From Porticoccus sp. (GTDB lineage: Bacteria; Pseudomonadota; Gammaproteobacteria; Pseudomonadales; Porticoccaceae), in NCBI GenBank assembly GCA_018066715.1, contig JAGPWA010000099.1, positions 35,860 through 99,859 on the forward strand: a stretch of 64,000 nucleotides of DNA. Direction: 5' to 3'. The position numbers were made by a program, and so were the translations under genes. Of the stretch, positions 48,532 through 57,164 are shown piece by piece. The notes beneath the pieces were generated by a model. It was not told where the DNA came from, searched no databases, and saw only the letters and a program-made list of their open reading frames with translations. Position 1 is the first letter of the stretch. The number at the start of each line of letters is the position of its first letter.

Positions 48532-49956
48532 ATGGCCATTGCGCCTTCCGTCATAGACATACCGCTCTCTACTATTGAACAGTTACGTGACATTGTTGGT
48601 GACCAGCGTGTGCTGACTGATGACGTATCTTTTCAGCAATACGGCGTTGACCGGACCACCATTTGGCAGCCGGCTCCCGGTGTAATTGTTCTACCCGGAA
48701 GCACTGAGGAAGTGCAGGCTATTGTGCAGCTGGCTAACGCTGAGAACCTTGCGGTTGTACCTTCTGGTGGTCGCACGGGGTTGAGTGGTGGTGCAGTTGC
48801 CACCAATGGCGAAATTGTTATTGCCATGGATCGTATGAATAAGGTGGTGGACTTCAATGAGGTTGACCGCACCGTCACCGTGGAAGCGGGCATGATCACC
48901 CAGCAGTTACAGGCATTTGCTGAAGATAAGGGGCTGTTTTATCCCGTGGACTTCGCCTCGACAGGCTCTAGCCAAATTGGCGGAAACATAGCCACTAATG
49001 CCGGCGGCATCAAGGTGATTCGTTACGGCATGACTCGCGATTGGGTGATGGGTCTGAAGGTGGTTGATGGTAACGGCAATATCATGGAATTGAATCGCGG
49101 GCTGGTGAAAAATAATACCGGTTTGGATTTTCGTCACTTGTTTATTGGTTCGGAAGGTGTGCTCGGGATTATCACCGAGGCAACCATGCGATTGACTCGC
49201 AAGGCTCCGGAGTTGAGTGTGCTGGTACTGGGTGTTGCGGACTTCCCTAGTATTATGGGCGTGCTGAAAACCTTTAATGAGGGAATGAGTCTCACGGCAT
49301 TTGAGTTCTTTTCGCACAATGGGATGGAAAAGGTTATCGCCCATAGCGAAGTGCCGGCCCCTTTTGAAACGGTATCACCCTTTTATGTGCTAATTGAATT
49401 TGAGCAATCTTCTGAGGCTGATTTGGAACAGGCCATGGCGTTGTTTGAAACCTGCATGGAAGAAGGCTGGGTAGAAGATGGCACGATAAGTCAGAGCCTT
49501 TCTCAGGCAGAAAATCTATGGAAACTACGTGAAGATCTGTCCGAAACCCTTTGGCAATGGAAACCGTACAAAAACGATATCAGTGTTAGCGTATCCAAAA
49601 TGCCGGCCTTTATTGAAAAAGTTGATGCACTGGTAGCAGAGCAATACCCGGACTTTGAAATAGTCTGGTTTGGCCATATTGGTGATGGCAACATCCACCT
49701 GAATATATTGAAACCCGATGACTTAACCGTAGAGGCATTTACCGAACGTTGCGGTGGCGTGAGTCAACAGGTGGCAGCTTTGATTCAGGCATTCAACGGC
49801 AGCGTGTCTGCCGAGCACGGTGTTGGTCTATTGAAGAAAGATTACCTGAGCTACACTCGAACAGAGACTGAGTTGCAATTGATGCGACAAATCAAAAAGG
49901 TGTTCGACCCGAAGGGTATTATGAATCCGGGCAAGTTGGTGGACGTGGCTGATTAA
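48532..49956 (+). CDS. FAD-linked oxidase (GlcD family), probable D-2-hydroxyglutarate dehydrogenase
   Basis: FAD-binding PCMH domain (VVPSGGRTGLSGGAV). It is divergent from serA, the arrangement described for the Pseudomonas SerA/D2HGDH couple. Confidence 0.75.
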   Translation: MAIAPSVIDIPLSTIEQLRDIVGDQRVLTDDVSFQQYGVDRTTIWQPAPGVIVLPGSTEEVQAIVQLANAENLAVVPSGGRTGLSGGAVATNGEIVIAMDRMNKVVDFNEVDRTVTVEAGMITQQLQAFAEDKGLFYPVDFASTGSSQIGGNIATNAGGIKVIRYGMTRDWVMGLKVVDGNGNIMELNRGLVKNNTGLDFRHLFIGSEGVLGIITEATMRLTRKAPELSVLVLGVADFPSIMGVLKTFNEGMSLTAFEFFSHNGMEKVIAHSEVPAPFETVSPFYVLIEFEQSSEADLEQAMALFETCMEEGWVEDGTISQSLSQAENLWKLREDLSETLWQWKPYKNDISVSVSKMPAFIEKVDALVAEQYPDFEIVWFGHIGDGNIHLNILKPDDLTVEAFTERCGGVSQQVAALIQAFNGSVSAEHGVGLLKKDYLSYTRTETELQLMRQIKKVFDPKGIMNPGKLVDVAD

Positions 49957-50002
49957 TAAAGCCCGGTGGTAGAGGAAAGCTAGGCGGTTAAGGAAAAAAA
50001 GA

Positions 50003-50437
50003 ATGGACGAAGAAGCATCAAAGCCGGAAGAACATCCGGTTCAGATCATAGAGCCTGATGAGAAAGAGCCTGAAGCAGAGTTGATCAACAATTCTAGCTC
50101 TAAGCCTGAGCCTGACGACAATTTGAAAAATCTGACCCAGCTGGTGTATATCCTGCAAGCCATTAGTTTGGTGGTGGGTGTCACGTCGATTGCCGGGTTG
50201 ATTCTTAATTATCTCAAGCGAGATGAAGTGAAAGGTACTTACCTTGAATCCCATTTTGCCTGGCAGATGAAAACCTTCTGGTTTGCTCTGCTCGGTGTGA
50301 TACTAGGCTGGCTATTGGCCATTGTATTGATTGGCTTCCTGATTTTGGGTGCGGTTGGTCTTTGGTACATCTACCGGATCGTTAAAGGTTGGTTAGCCTT
50401 TAATGACGGAAAGGAACTCAGTAATGCGCTATTTTGA
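50003..50437 (+). CDS. Conserved inner-membrane protein, family not assigned
   Basis: Acidic N-terminal tail followed by 3 hydrophobic helices (LVYILQAISLVVGV, FWFALLGVILGWLLAIVLIGFLILGAV). Confidence 0.5.
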   Translation: MDEEASKPEEHPVQIIEPDEKEPEAELINNSSSKPEPDDNLKNLTQLVYILQAISLVVGVTSIAGLILNYLKRDEVKGTYLESHFAWQMKTFWFALLGVILGWLLAIVLIGFLILGAVGLWYIYRIVKGWLAFNDGKELSNALF

Positions 50438-51101
50438 TCACAGTATTCATTTTGCCGGTGGTGGTTCGCAGCAGATCCCTGCTGGTAAGGTCGTCTGTGT
50501 AGGCCTGAACTATCGTGATCATGTCAAAGAGATGGATGGTCAGGTGGCCGATGAGCCAGTGATCTTTCTCAAACCTTCCAGCGCGCTTGTCCCTCTAGAA
50601 GAGCCAGTAGCCATTCCTGTGGAATTCGGTGCTTGTCATCATGAGGTCGAGATGTCCATCTTGATTGGCGAGCCGCTGGGTGATTGCACTGAGGAAGAGG
50701 CGGCTGAGGCTATTATTGGTGTCGGTGTGGCGTTGGATTTGACCCTCCGAGATTTACAGGATCAATTCAAACAAAAGGGTCACCCTTGGGATAAAGCCAA
50801 AGGCTTTGATGGCGCATGTCCAGCATCAGCCTTTGTGGATCGTGCTCAGGTGGATGACTTACAAAACTTAGCATTGCGATTAACCCTCAATGGAGAGGTC
50901 AAGCAGTTATCCAACACCAGCCATATGATCACGCGGGTCTTGCCTTTGATTGCTTATATCTCCCGATACTTCACTTTGATGCCCGGTGATATTGTGCTGA
51001 CGGGCACGCCCGCTGGTGTAGGGCCTTTATCCCCGGGTGACACTTTGATTGTAGAGCTCGTGGATGTGGTGTCAGTCACCACAAGTGTGACGGCGAGATA
51101 G
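50424..51101 (+). CDS. Fumarylacetoacetate hydrolase family protein (YcgM-like)
   Basis: KVVCVGLNYRDH, HEVEMSILIG, GDIVLTGTPAGVG. The ATG at 50424 has an aaggaa SD. Confidence 0.85.
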   Translation: MRYFDHSIHFAGGGSQQIPAGKVVCVGLNYRDHVKEMDGQVADEPVIFLKPSSALVPLEEPVAIPVEFGACHHEVEMSILIGEPLGDCTEEEAAEAIIGVGVALDLTLRDLQDQFKQKGHPWDKAKGFDGACPASAFVDRAQVDDLQNLALRLTLNGEVKQLSNTSHMITRVLPLIAYISRYFTLMPGDIVLTGTPAGVGPLSPGDTLIVELVDVVSVTTSVTAR

Positions 51102-51133
51102 CACTCTTATTGACGTATCTTTCTTTCCAGACC

Positions 51134-51175
51134 GTGCCTTCCAAGCCGTGCTTCCCAAACGGTACCTCCCAAACT
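51134..51175. repeat. 3 x 14-bp tandem repeat upstream of the DUF1653 gene
   Basis: The units are gtgccttccaagcc, gtgcttcccaaacg and gtacctcccaaact. Confidence 0.8.
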
Positions 51176-51233
51176 GCCCCTCTTGAATGGGCATATTCCA
51201 AATGGATACCATCTTTCCTGTGAGCCTTATGCT

Positions 51234-51455
51234 ATGACCATCAAAAAAGGAATTTACAAACACTTCAAGGGCAACCTCTACGAAGTGACCGACATTGCCC
51301 GGCACAGTGAAACCAAGGAAGAACATGTGGTGTATCGCACGCTCTATGGCGATCACAGTACCTGGATTCGTCCGTTGGCTATGTTCAATGAAATCATCGA
51401 ACGCGATGGTAATACCTTTAAGCGGTTTGAGTTTGTGGAAGAGGGTGCAGGCTAA
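51234..51455 (+). CDS. DUF1653-family protein
   Basis: GIYKHFKGNLYEVTDIARHSETKEEHVVYRTLYGD is the hallmark of DUF1653. Confidence 0.75.
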   Translation: MTIKKGIYKHFKGNLYEVTDIARHSETKEEHVVYRTLYGDHSTWIRPLAMFNEIIERDGNTFKRFEFVEEGAG

Positions 51456-51464
51456 TAGTTTATT

Positions 51465-51899
51465 TTAATGTGAGACAGGCATTGGTTTGCTATCAAAAAA
51501 ATCACTTCGGTTGATCAGCTCTTCAGTAATAGCATCGATAAATGCTTGGTCCAGATCAGAGTTCGGCCTCTCCGGGTTACCTAAAATATTCCATAATTTG
51601 CTGCTGGATAACATATCCACACGAGTATCAACCCAGTGGTAAACCAGTTCTCCGGTCTCATCTCGCTCAACAAAAAAGTTATTGGCTTGCTGGTTCATTA
51701 GGGCCTTGATCGGCGAGGTGCTGTTAGCATCGGCCTGTTTGGCTACTTCGTAGGTATTTTTCATTGTTGTTGTCATAGCTTCTTTCATAGTGGTTCTCAT
51801 TTCATTCTCATCTCTTTTCATCATATTTATTTTCTTATGGGACAAGATAGCCAATGAATGTGTCAGAGCGATGGAGGTTTTATGACAAAAAGGTGACAT
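51465..51899 (-). CDS. Hypothetical protein
   Basis: ORF only. The start is uncertain; an internal MMKRDENEM at ~51824 is plausible. No family was recognised. Confidence 0.35.
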   Translation of the reverse strand: MSPFCHKTSIALTHSLAILSHKKINMMKRDENEMRTTMKEAMTTTMKNTYEVAKQADANSTSPIKALMNQQANNFFVERDETGELVYHWVDTRVDMLSSSKLWNILGNPERPNSDLDQAFIDAITEELINRSDFFDSKPMPVSH

Positions 51900-52064
51900 T
51901 GTTTTATTTGTTCGGCGCTAAGAGTAGATGCCCAAAGGTTGGTTCCTTCACTGATCAATCTGGACTTTTTGATAAGCAGCCATCAAAGTACGCACCTTTC
52001 TTTTGTTGCGTACAATTGTTGCTGGCGCTACATATTTCTACAACAAGGTTTATAGGGTTAGGGG

Positions 52065-53246
52065 ATGTCTTCAATTTTGTTTGAAAAGAAACGTGCAGAT
52101 GTGAACAGCATCGGTGTGCGTTTTGCCGCTATATTGATTAGCGTTTGTACCATGATGTATTTCATTAATATGCCATTGATGCTGGGGCTCGCAGTAAACG
52201 ACCTGAGCTTGGTGGAATCACAGGTTTGGCTACTCGGTGGTTTTTTTCTGGGTGGTGTGGCCCTGGCGGCAGCACTCTCCATTTTGTTTGTTCGCATTGC
52301 CCATTGGCAGCGATTGATCTTTATCAGCGGGTTTATGAGCCTGCTGGCCTTTTTACTGCCTGTATTTATATCGGGTTTTACCTTTTTACTGATCTGCCAG
52401 GGGTTGGCCGGGTTATTTGCTGGCCTAGGTTACGCCGTGGCCATTGCCTGCCTAGGTGATACGGCCAACCCCACAAGAAGCTACGCTCTGGCACTGACCT
52501 GCCAAACGGCCGCGGTTGCCGTTGTGGGCTACCTGCTCCCTCAGCTGGTTGCTCGAGGGACGACTTTTAACGAGGCTTTAATGGCTGTTGCTGGTTTTTC
52601 GTTTGTGGCCATTTTGCTCGGTACGATGATGCCGAGAAATGGAAAAGGTGCCAGCCTGAAAAGTGCTATGAACACCCAAAAGCCCGGGGCTGTTTACCTC
52701 GCCCTGTTTGTACTGCTGCTGGTATTTATAGGTGGTAGCACTGTGCGTAACGCCATAGAACCCATTGCTTCACGCCTTGATTTCACCTCAACAGAAGGCG
52801 GTGGGGTGATGATTATTCTGGCACTAGCCAGCGGGCTGGGCTCATTGATTGCAGCATTTATGGGCGTTCGCTCTGGTTATGCCAAACCGATGGCTATTGC
52901 CTTGGGTTTAGCCGCTACTATTTTGGTCTTAGGTGTATTTCAGCTTTGGCCAGAACAACTGAACCTGATTTTTGCATTTTGCCTGGTGGGCGGCGCCTGG
53001 AACTTTGCAGCGGCTTACGGCATGGGGTTAACCGCGAAGCTTGATAGCAGCGGCAAATACACACCATTAATCGCCACCATACAAATTATCGGTCACGTTG
53101 CCGGTATTGCCATTGTCGGTTCGTTGGTCGTGGGTGGCAGTTATGTCTTGCCCTATATGTTTGCCGGCATTGTCTGGATTTTGGCCTTGGTGCTGGTTAT
53201 CCAGATAGCGAAACGTAACCAGAAGTTACTCGTCGCCAACAACTAA
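52065..53246 (+). CDS. MFS transporter
   Basis: 393 aa with ~12 predicted TM helices in a 6+6 arrangement. Confidence 0.8.
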   Translation: MSSILFEKKRADVNSIGVRFAAILISVCTMMYFINMPLMLGLAVNDLSLVESQVWLLGGFFLGGVALAAALSILFVRIAHWQRLIFISGFMSLLAFLLPVFISGFTFLLICQGLAGLFAGLGYAVAIACLGDTANPTRSYALALTCQTAAVAVVGYLLPQLVARGTTFNEALMAVAGFSFVAILLGTMMPRNGKGASLKSAMNTQKPGAVYLALFVLLLVFIGGSTVRNAIEPIASRLDFTSTEGGGVMIILALASGLGSLIAAFMGVRSGYAKPMAIALGLAATILVLGVFQLWPEQLNLIFAFCLVGGAWNFAAAYGMGLTAKLDSSGKYTPLIATIQIIGHVAGIAIVGSLVVGGSYVLPYMFAGIVWILALVLVIQIAKRNQKLLVANN

Positions 53247-53273
53247 TTAATGACAAATAAGTGAGTAGTCTTA

Positions 53274-54320
53274 GTGATCAATGGGAATGTGGATAACTCT
53301 GATGCGAGTAACGCGGCTGAAGATGCATTAGCTGCAGACCCAGCATCTCATCCGTTCGATCGCCTGACACCAGACTTTATTCTGGATGCCATGGAAGGTC
53401 AGGGGCATATTTGTGATGGCCGGTTGTTTCCGCTCAATAGCTATGAAAACCGGGTCTACCAAATTGGTGTCGAGGATGAGACGCCAATTATTGGTAAGTT
53501 TTATCGTCCCAACCGCTGGAGTACCGAGCAAATTCTTGAGGAGCACCAGTTTTGTTTTGAGCTGGTAGAGCAGGAATTGCCCGTGGTGGCACCCATGGTG
53601 AATGAGGCGGGCCAAAGCCTGTTTGAGTATCAGGGCTTTCAGTTTGCACTGTTTCCTCGCAAGGGCGGCCATGGGCCAGAGCTGGATAATCTCGACAACC
53701 TCTATCTTCTGGGCAAACTGCTGGGTCGAATGCATGCGGTCGGCGCTGTACGGCCCTTCATCCATCGCCCGGTACTGGACAGCCAAAGCTTTGGCCACGA
53801 ACCTGCAGCGCTGATCAGTGAGCGATTTATTCCACAAGGGTTAAAGCTGTCCTATGACTCCCTGATTCGGGATGTGATGCAGGCAGTGGATGAAACCATA
53901 GCCAGTGTCGGTACCGTTGATCATATTCGAGTACATGGCGATTGCCATTCAGGGAATATCCTGTGGCGAGATGACAATGCCAACTTTGTAGATTTGGATG
54001 ATGCCCGTATGGCACCAGCCGTACAGGATATCTGGATGCTGATGTCGGGTGAGAGGGACCGACAAACAGCACAATTGTCAGAAATTGTAGATGGTTATAA
54101 TCAGTTTTTTGACTTTCATCCCCGTGAGTTACGGCTGATAGAAGCACTCCGTACCCTGCGGATGATTCACTATGCCGCGTGGCTTGCCAAACGGTGGCAA
54201 GACCCCGCCTTTCCCAGAGCCTTTCCCTGGTTTAATACCGAGCGCTATTGGGGTGAACATATTCTGGAAATCAGAGAGCAGTTTGCTGCATTAAATGAGC
54301 CTCCGTTGGAAGTGATGTAG
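53274..54320 (+). CDS. srkA: Stress response Ser/Thr kinase SrkA (YihE/RdoA, APH fold)
   Basis: LNSYENRVYQIG, FYRPNRWS, catalytic HGDCHSGNILW, DLDD. Confidence 0.85.
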   Translation: MINGNVDNSDASNAAEDALAADPASHPFDRLTPDFILDAMEGQGHICDGRLFPLNSYENRVYQIGVEDETPIIGKFYRPNRWSTEQILEEHQFCFELVEQELPVVAPMVNEAGQSLFEYQGFQFALFPRKGGHGPELDNLDNLYLLGKLLGRMHAVGAVRPFIHRPVLDSQSFGHEPAALISERFIPQGLKLSYDSLIRDVMQAVDETIASVGTVDHIRVHGDCHSGNILWRDDNANFVDLDDARMAPAVQDIWMLMSGERDRQTAQLSEIVDGYNQFFDFHPRELRLIEALRTLRMIHYAAWLAKRWQDPAFPRAFPWFNTERYWGEHILEIREQFAALNEPPLEVM

Positions 54321-54465
54321 CACCTAGCTCACCAACAAAAACCCCAGATAAGAAGCCTACCTTAGGTGTGAGTGACGTTTGTTGAGGGCAGGAGTGCTAT
54401 TAGGTATTTGATTTTAAAAGGTGTTGATTTATGATCAGTGCTAAGGGATTGGAAAACAAAAGCAG
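54243..54465 (+). repeat. Direct repeat copy 1: functional srkA 3' end plus downstream sequence
   Basis: Two collinear modules (54243-54358 and 54393-54465) recur at 55618-55735 and 55840-55902. Identity is roughly 85-90 percent by eye. Confidence 0.85.
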
Positions 54466-54628
54466 CGCTGTTGGAAAATCCGTTACCTCTCTCATGTTCA
54501 GATTCCGGTTTAAAGGTATTCCAGGACGCTGCTTTAGAACCATCAAGTAAGGCCAAAGATCAAATGCAATTGCCCTTGAGCCTCGTCGCTTGATGTGGGA
54601 GTTAGGCATATCTAGTAAGGAGTTATAA

Positions 54629-55591
54629 TTGATTGAATCTTCGATGATAAGAATGGTGAGGAAGTTAAACCTGCATGCTTATATTTTTATAGCGGTAGGC
54701 GTTGCTTCCTACTTGATACGGAATGGCTATATCAGTTTTCTTCCGATAGAAGTACGAAGTGCATACTTTATGAAGTTTGACTTCATCAGTTTTTTTCGGA
54801 TAGACGACCGAACTGCATTCTTTGTTTCTTTAGGATTGATAGGCTGCGGGCTTGCCGTTCTACTATTCAATTACCTTCGCGGTGAGCACGCCGAACCGAC
54901 AGATGACGTTTATTTGATCGATGAGAAAAAAATTCTTACGAATGTGCTTTCCTCTAGCCCTAGCCCTGCTTCAAAACAAGAAATTAAAGAAAACGAATAC
55001 AAAATAAAATCATTAGCAGAAATTACGAGAGCTATTTCAGTTGGTAACCTCCAAATTACAGAGGAAGAGAAGGACAGTATATTAGAAGAGATAAAGAAGG
55101 ACATTCTAGTTGATACGGCTAATCCGGCTGTACCAGAAGTAGAAGAAAAGTACTTAAAAGACATCAAGCGAGCAAGTCAGATAGCGCGCGAGCAAGAGAA
55201 ACTAGAAAAAATAAGACTTAGGTTAAAGAGAGAAATTTCGGTGTTAGGCCGACGCTGTAATATCAATTTAGTTGCCGGTGTTTTAACAACGATAACGGCC
55301 ATGGGAATATTAGCTACTATTTTTTTCGACACAGAAGTTAAATTTACAGTTGAAACATTTAGGAGTCACTTTGCCGCTAAATTTATTTTTGGTTTATTTG
55401 TTGAGATTTCTTCATTATTTTTTCTGACACTCTATATGTATGGGTTGAGTCAAATAAAATTCTTCAATAATGAGATAACAAATATTGAAATGAAATTTTT
55501 ATCACTTGATAGTGCGATTAGATCCAGAGATGAAGATTTAATAAATTCAGTGGTTAATGAATTCTCTAAAACGGGAAGAAATAAGGTTTAA
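54629..55591 (+). CDS. Hypothetical 4-TM membrane protein with central coiled-coil (cassette cargo)
   Basis: TTG start with a strong SD (taaggag). Topology is 2 N-terminal TM helices, a ~130-aa Lys/Glu-rich helical region (EEKDSILEEIKKD ... REQEKLEKIRLRLKREI), 2 C-terminal TM helices and a short amphipathic tail. It is markedly AT-rich relative to srkA. Confidence 0.6.
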   Translation: MIESSMIRMVRKLNLHAYIFIAVGVASYLIRNGYISFLPIEVRSAYFMKFDFISFFRIDDRTAFFVSLGLIGCGLAVLLFNYLRGEHAEPTDDVYLIDEKKILTNVLSSSPSPASKQEIKENEYKIKSLAEITRAISVGNLQITEEEKDSILEEIKKDILVDTANPAVPEVEEKYLKDIKRASQIAREQEKLEKIRLRLKREISVLGRRCNINLVAGVLTTITAMGILATIFFDTEVKFTVETFRSHFAAKFIFGLFVEISSLFFLTLYMYGLSQIKFFNNEITNIEMKFLSLDSAIRSRDEDLINSVVNEFSKTGRNKV

Positions 55592-55617
55592 GGCCTTTCA
55601 TTACATGGCTTTCCAGT

Positions 55618-55735
55618 CGCTATTGGGGTGAACATAGACTGGAAGCCGGAGAACAGTTCGCTGCATTAAATGAGCCTCCATTGGAAGTGATGTGGCGTCT
55701 ACTGCCACCTCACCAACAAAACTCCCAGATAAAAA
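55618..55735 (+). pseudogene. Relic copy of the srkA 3' end (direct repeat copy 2, module 1)
   Basis: cgctattggggtgaacata ... gctgcattaaatgagcctcc ... ttggaagtgatgtgg parallels srkA codons RYWGEHI ... AALNEPPLEVM. The stop is mutated (tag to tgg), and no upstream kinase sequence is present. Confidence 0.8.
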
Positions 55736-55839
55736 CAAAATTAACGCACTCATCCCTCTACCGCCCCCCCCCATTTCTCTCTCAACCCCATCCCTAGATC
55801 AGGAGCCATAGGCTTCTTATCCAAAAAATATTGCCATTG

Positions 55840-55902
55840 AGTGCTTGATTTTAAAGGGTGTTGATTTATGATCAGTGGAAAGGGATTGGAAAATAAAAGC
55901 AG
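55840..55902 (+). repeat. Direct repeat copy 2, module 2
   Basis: agtgcttgattttaaagggtgttgatttatgatcagtggaaagggattggaaaataaaagcag matches 54393-54465. Confidence 0.85.
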
Positions 55903-56067
55903 GGATTAGGCTTCTGATGTCAAATAAAAAAACCTCCTTCGTTCTCTAACCCATTGTAAATAAATAAAAATAGCCTTGGTTGAATATTGTTTTCTCCTGG
56001 ATCAAGAGAAAAACTGATATGAAGCCTTAGGTATTTGAATAAGCTGTTACAAGTCTAGGGGCGAGAA

Positions 56068-56523
56068 GTGAAGAAATTATTTAAATATCTAGGTTTCGGA
56101 TTATTAAGTGTAATTATATTTTTCGTTGGAGTCTTTATTTTCTCAGCGATTGTCGGTGTGGATAAGGAAGAAGTATTCATTCCATATATAGAAAAAACAA
56201 CCCCAAAACTAATAACATGGGAGATTGATGAATATAAAAAAGTAATGTCTGGGGAGGGTTTTGAAGCTGCAACACCAGAACAGTGGAGTTTGTATTTAAA
56301 TAATTTTTCTAAACTAGGAATATACAAGTCTATGGGTACGCCAACCCTTGAAAATTACAAAACCATGTCAGGTGTGAGTGATGGGGTTACTTCCTATGCG
56401 GTATATCTTGTCCCTTTAGAATTCAACACGGGTTCAGCTCACGTTAGACTTACTTTAGGCCATAATAATGAAAAAACTGAGGTTCATGGTGCTCAATTTT
56501 TATCAGACCTACTTCTTGAGTAG
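56068..56523 (+). CDS. Hypothetical membrane-anchored protein
   Basis: GTG start. The N-terminal TM anchor is LGFGLLSVIIFFVGVFIFSAIV, followed by a ~115-aa soluble domain. No family was recognised. AT-rich. Confidence 0.5.
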   Translation: MKKLFKYLGFGLLSVIIFFVGVFIFSAIVGVDKEEVFIPYIEKTTPKLITWEIDEYKKVMSGEGFEAATPEQWSLYLNNFSKLGIYKSMGTPTLENYKTMSGVSDGVTSYAVYLVPLEFNTGSAHVRLTLGHNNEKTEVHGAQFLSDLLLE

Positions 56524-56529
56524 AACTTG

Positions 56530-56601
56530 TAACAAGTTGCCTCACACTATGCCTTCGGCATGGACAAACTGCTGCGCAGTTCGCCCGTGGGCAAGGCGTT
56601 A
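56530..56601 (+). other. attC-like imperfect palindromic element at an ORF boundary
   Basis: TAAC-aag-TTGCC-t-CAC ... GTG-GGCAA-ggc-GTTA outer pairing with an unpaired 3-nt spacer and a bulged T. Two internal hairpins: atgcc-ttc-ggcat and aactgc-tgc-gcagtt. It starts 7 nt after a stop and ends 17 nt before the next ATG. Confidence 0.3.
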
Positions 56602-56617
56602 TGAATTAGACCTACCC

Positions 56618-56980
56618 ATGATGATGAAATATACATTACTAGCAATACTAACTTTGTTTGCATCGAAAATTCATGCTGAGCTTCTTACTAAGGTCGTGGT
56701 GATTGATAGCGAGTTTAACGTTTTTTCTGAAATCACGGATTCCCAAGAACTATCGAAATTTAAGGAGTTGTGGGATTCTAGGGATGAGGTCATATTGCGT
56801 ACGCAACCAGTATGGACACATACAATTGATGTCACTCCAGGTGAGCGCTGGCTCTATAGCAATAGAGGGTATGCCCAAGTTCTTTCTAAGCAGGCCTTAG
56901 GCATGTACAAAATTGACCGAGTAGCTCAGTTTAATGAGCAGCTAAAAATTTATAAAAAGGCGCTCCAAGTCGACCGCTAA
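56618..56980 (+). CDS. Hypothetical secreted protein
   Basis: The signal peptide MMMKYTLLAILTLFASKIHA is followed by a ~100-aa domain. No family was recognised. Confidence 0.5.
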   Translation: MMMKYTLLAILTLFASKIHAELLTKVVVIDSEFNVFSEITDSQELSKFKELWDSRDEVILRTQPVWTHTIDVTPGERWLYSNRGYAQVLSKQALGMYKIDRVAQFNEQLKIYKKALQVDR

Positions 56981-57005
56981 AGCTTGGCGTTATGTGATCT
57001 AAATA

Positions 57006-57116
57006 ATGAGACAGATCTTATTGTTGATATTTTTTCTTTCTGGCTGTGGAAGCTCAGTAGATATTCAGTTGGTAAAGAAAATTGAATTAAAGGGGTCGGT
57101 GACAACTGATAGTTAA
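57006..57116 (+). CDS. 36-aa lipoprotein-signal ORF, possibly a truncated remnant
   Basis: MRQILLLIFFLSGCGSS has a lipobox, but only ~20 mature residues follow. No clear SD. It is below the ORF-track length cut-off. Confidence 0.2.
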   Translation: MRQILLLIFFLSGCGSSVDIQLVKKIELKGSVTTDS

Positions 57117-57164
57117 TAGCATTATCATGTGTGTGTTAAAACTATCTTTCTAAAGGAAGCTCAA

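Noticed and set aside
54532-54607. Possible second attC ending in the canonical core GTTAGGC 22 nt before the 4-TM gene (catcaag ... cttgatg stem).
   Set aside because: Only a 7-bp stem and the AAC/GTT triplet pair. The R/L spacing on the left side does not fit attC geometry, and the gene it precedes has no attC downstream. It is too weak to call.
54362-54609. Two minus-strand ORFs (64 and 69 aa) just downstream of srkA.
   Set aside because: They lie inside the duplicated non-coding module, are not conserved as ORFs in the second copy, and have no start context.
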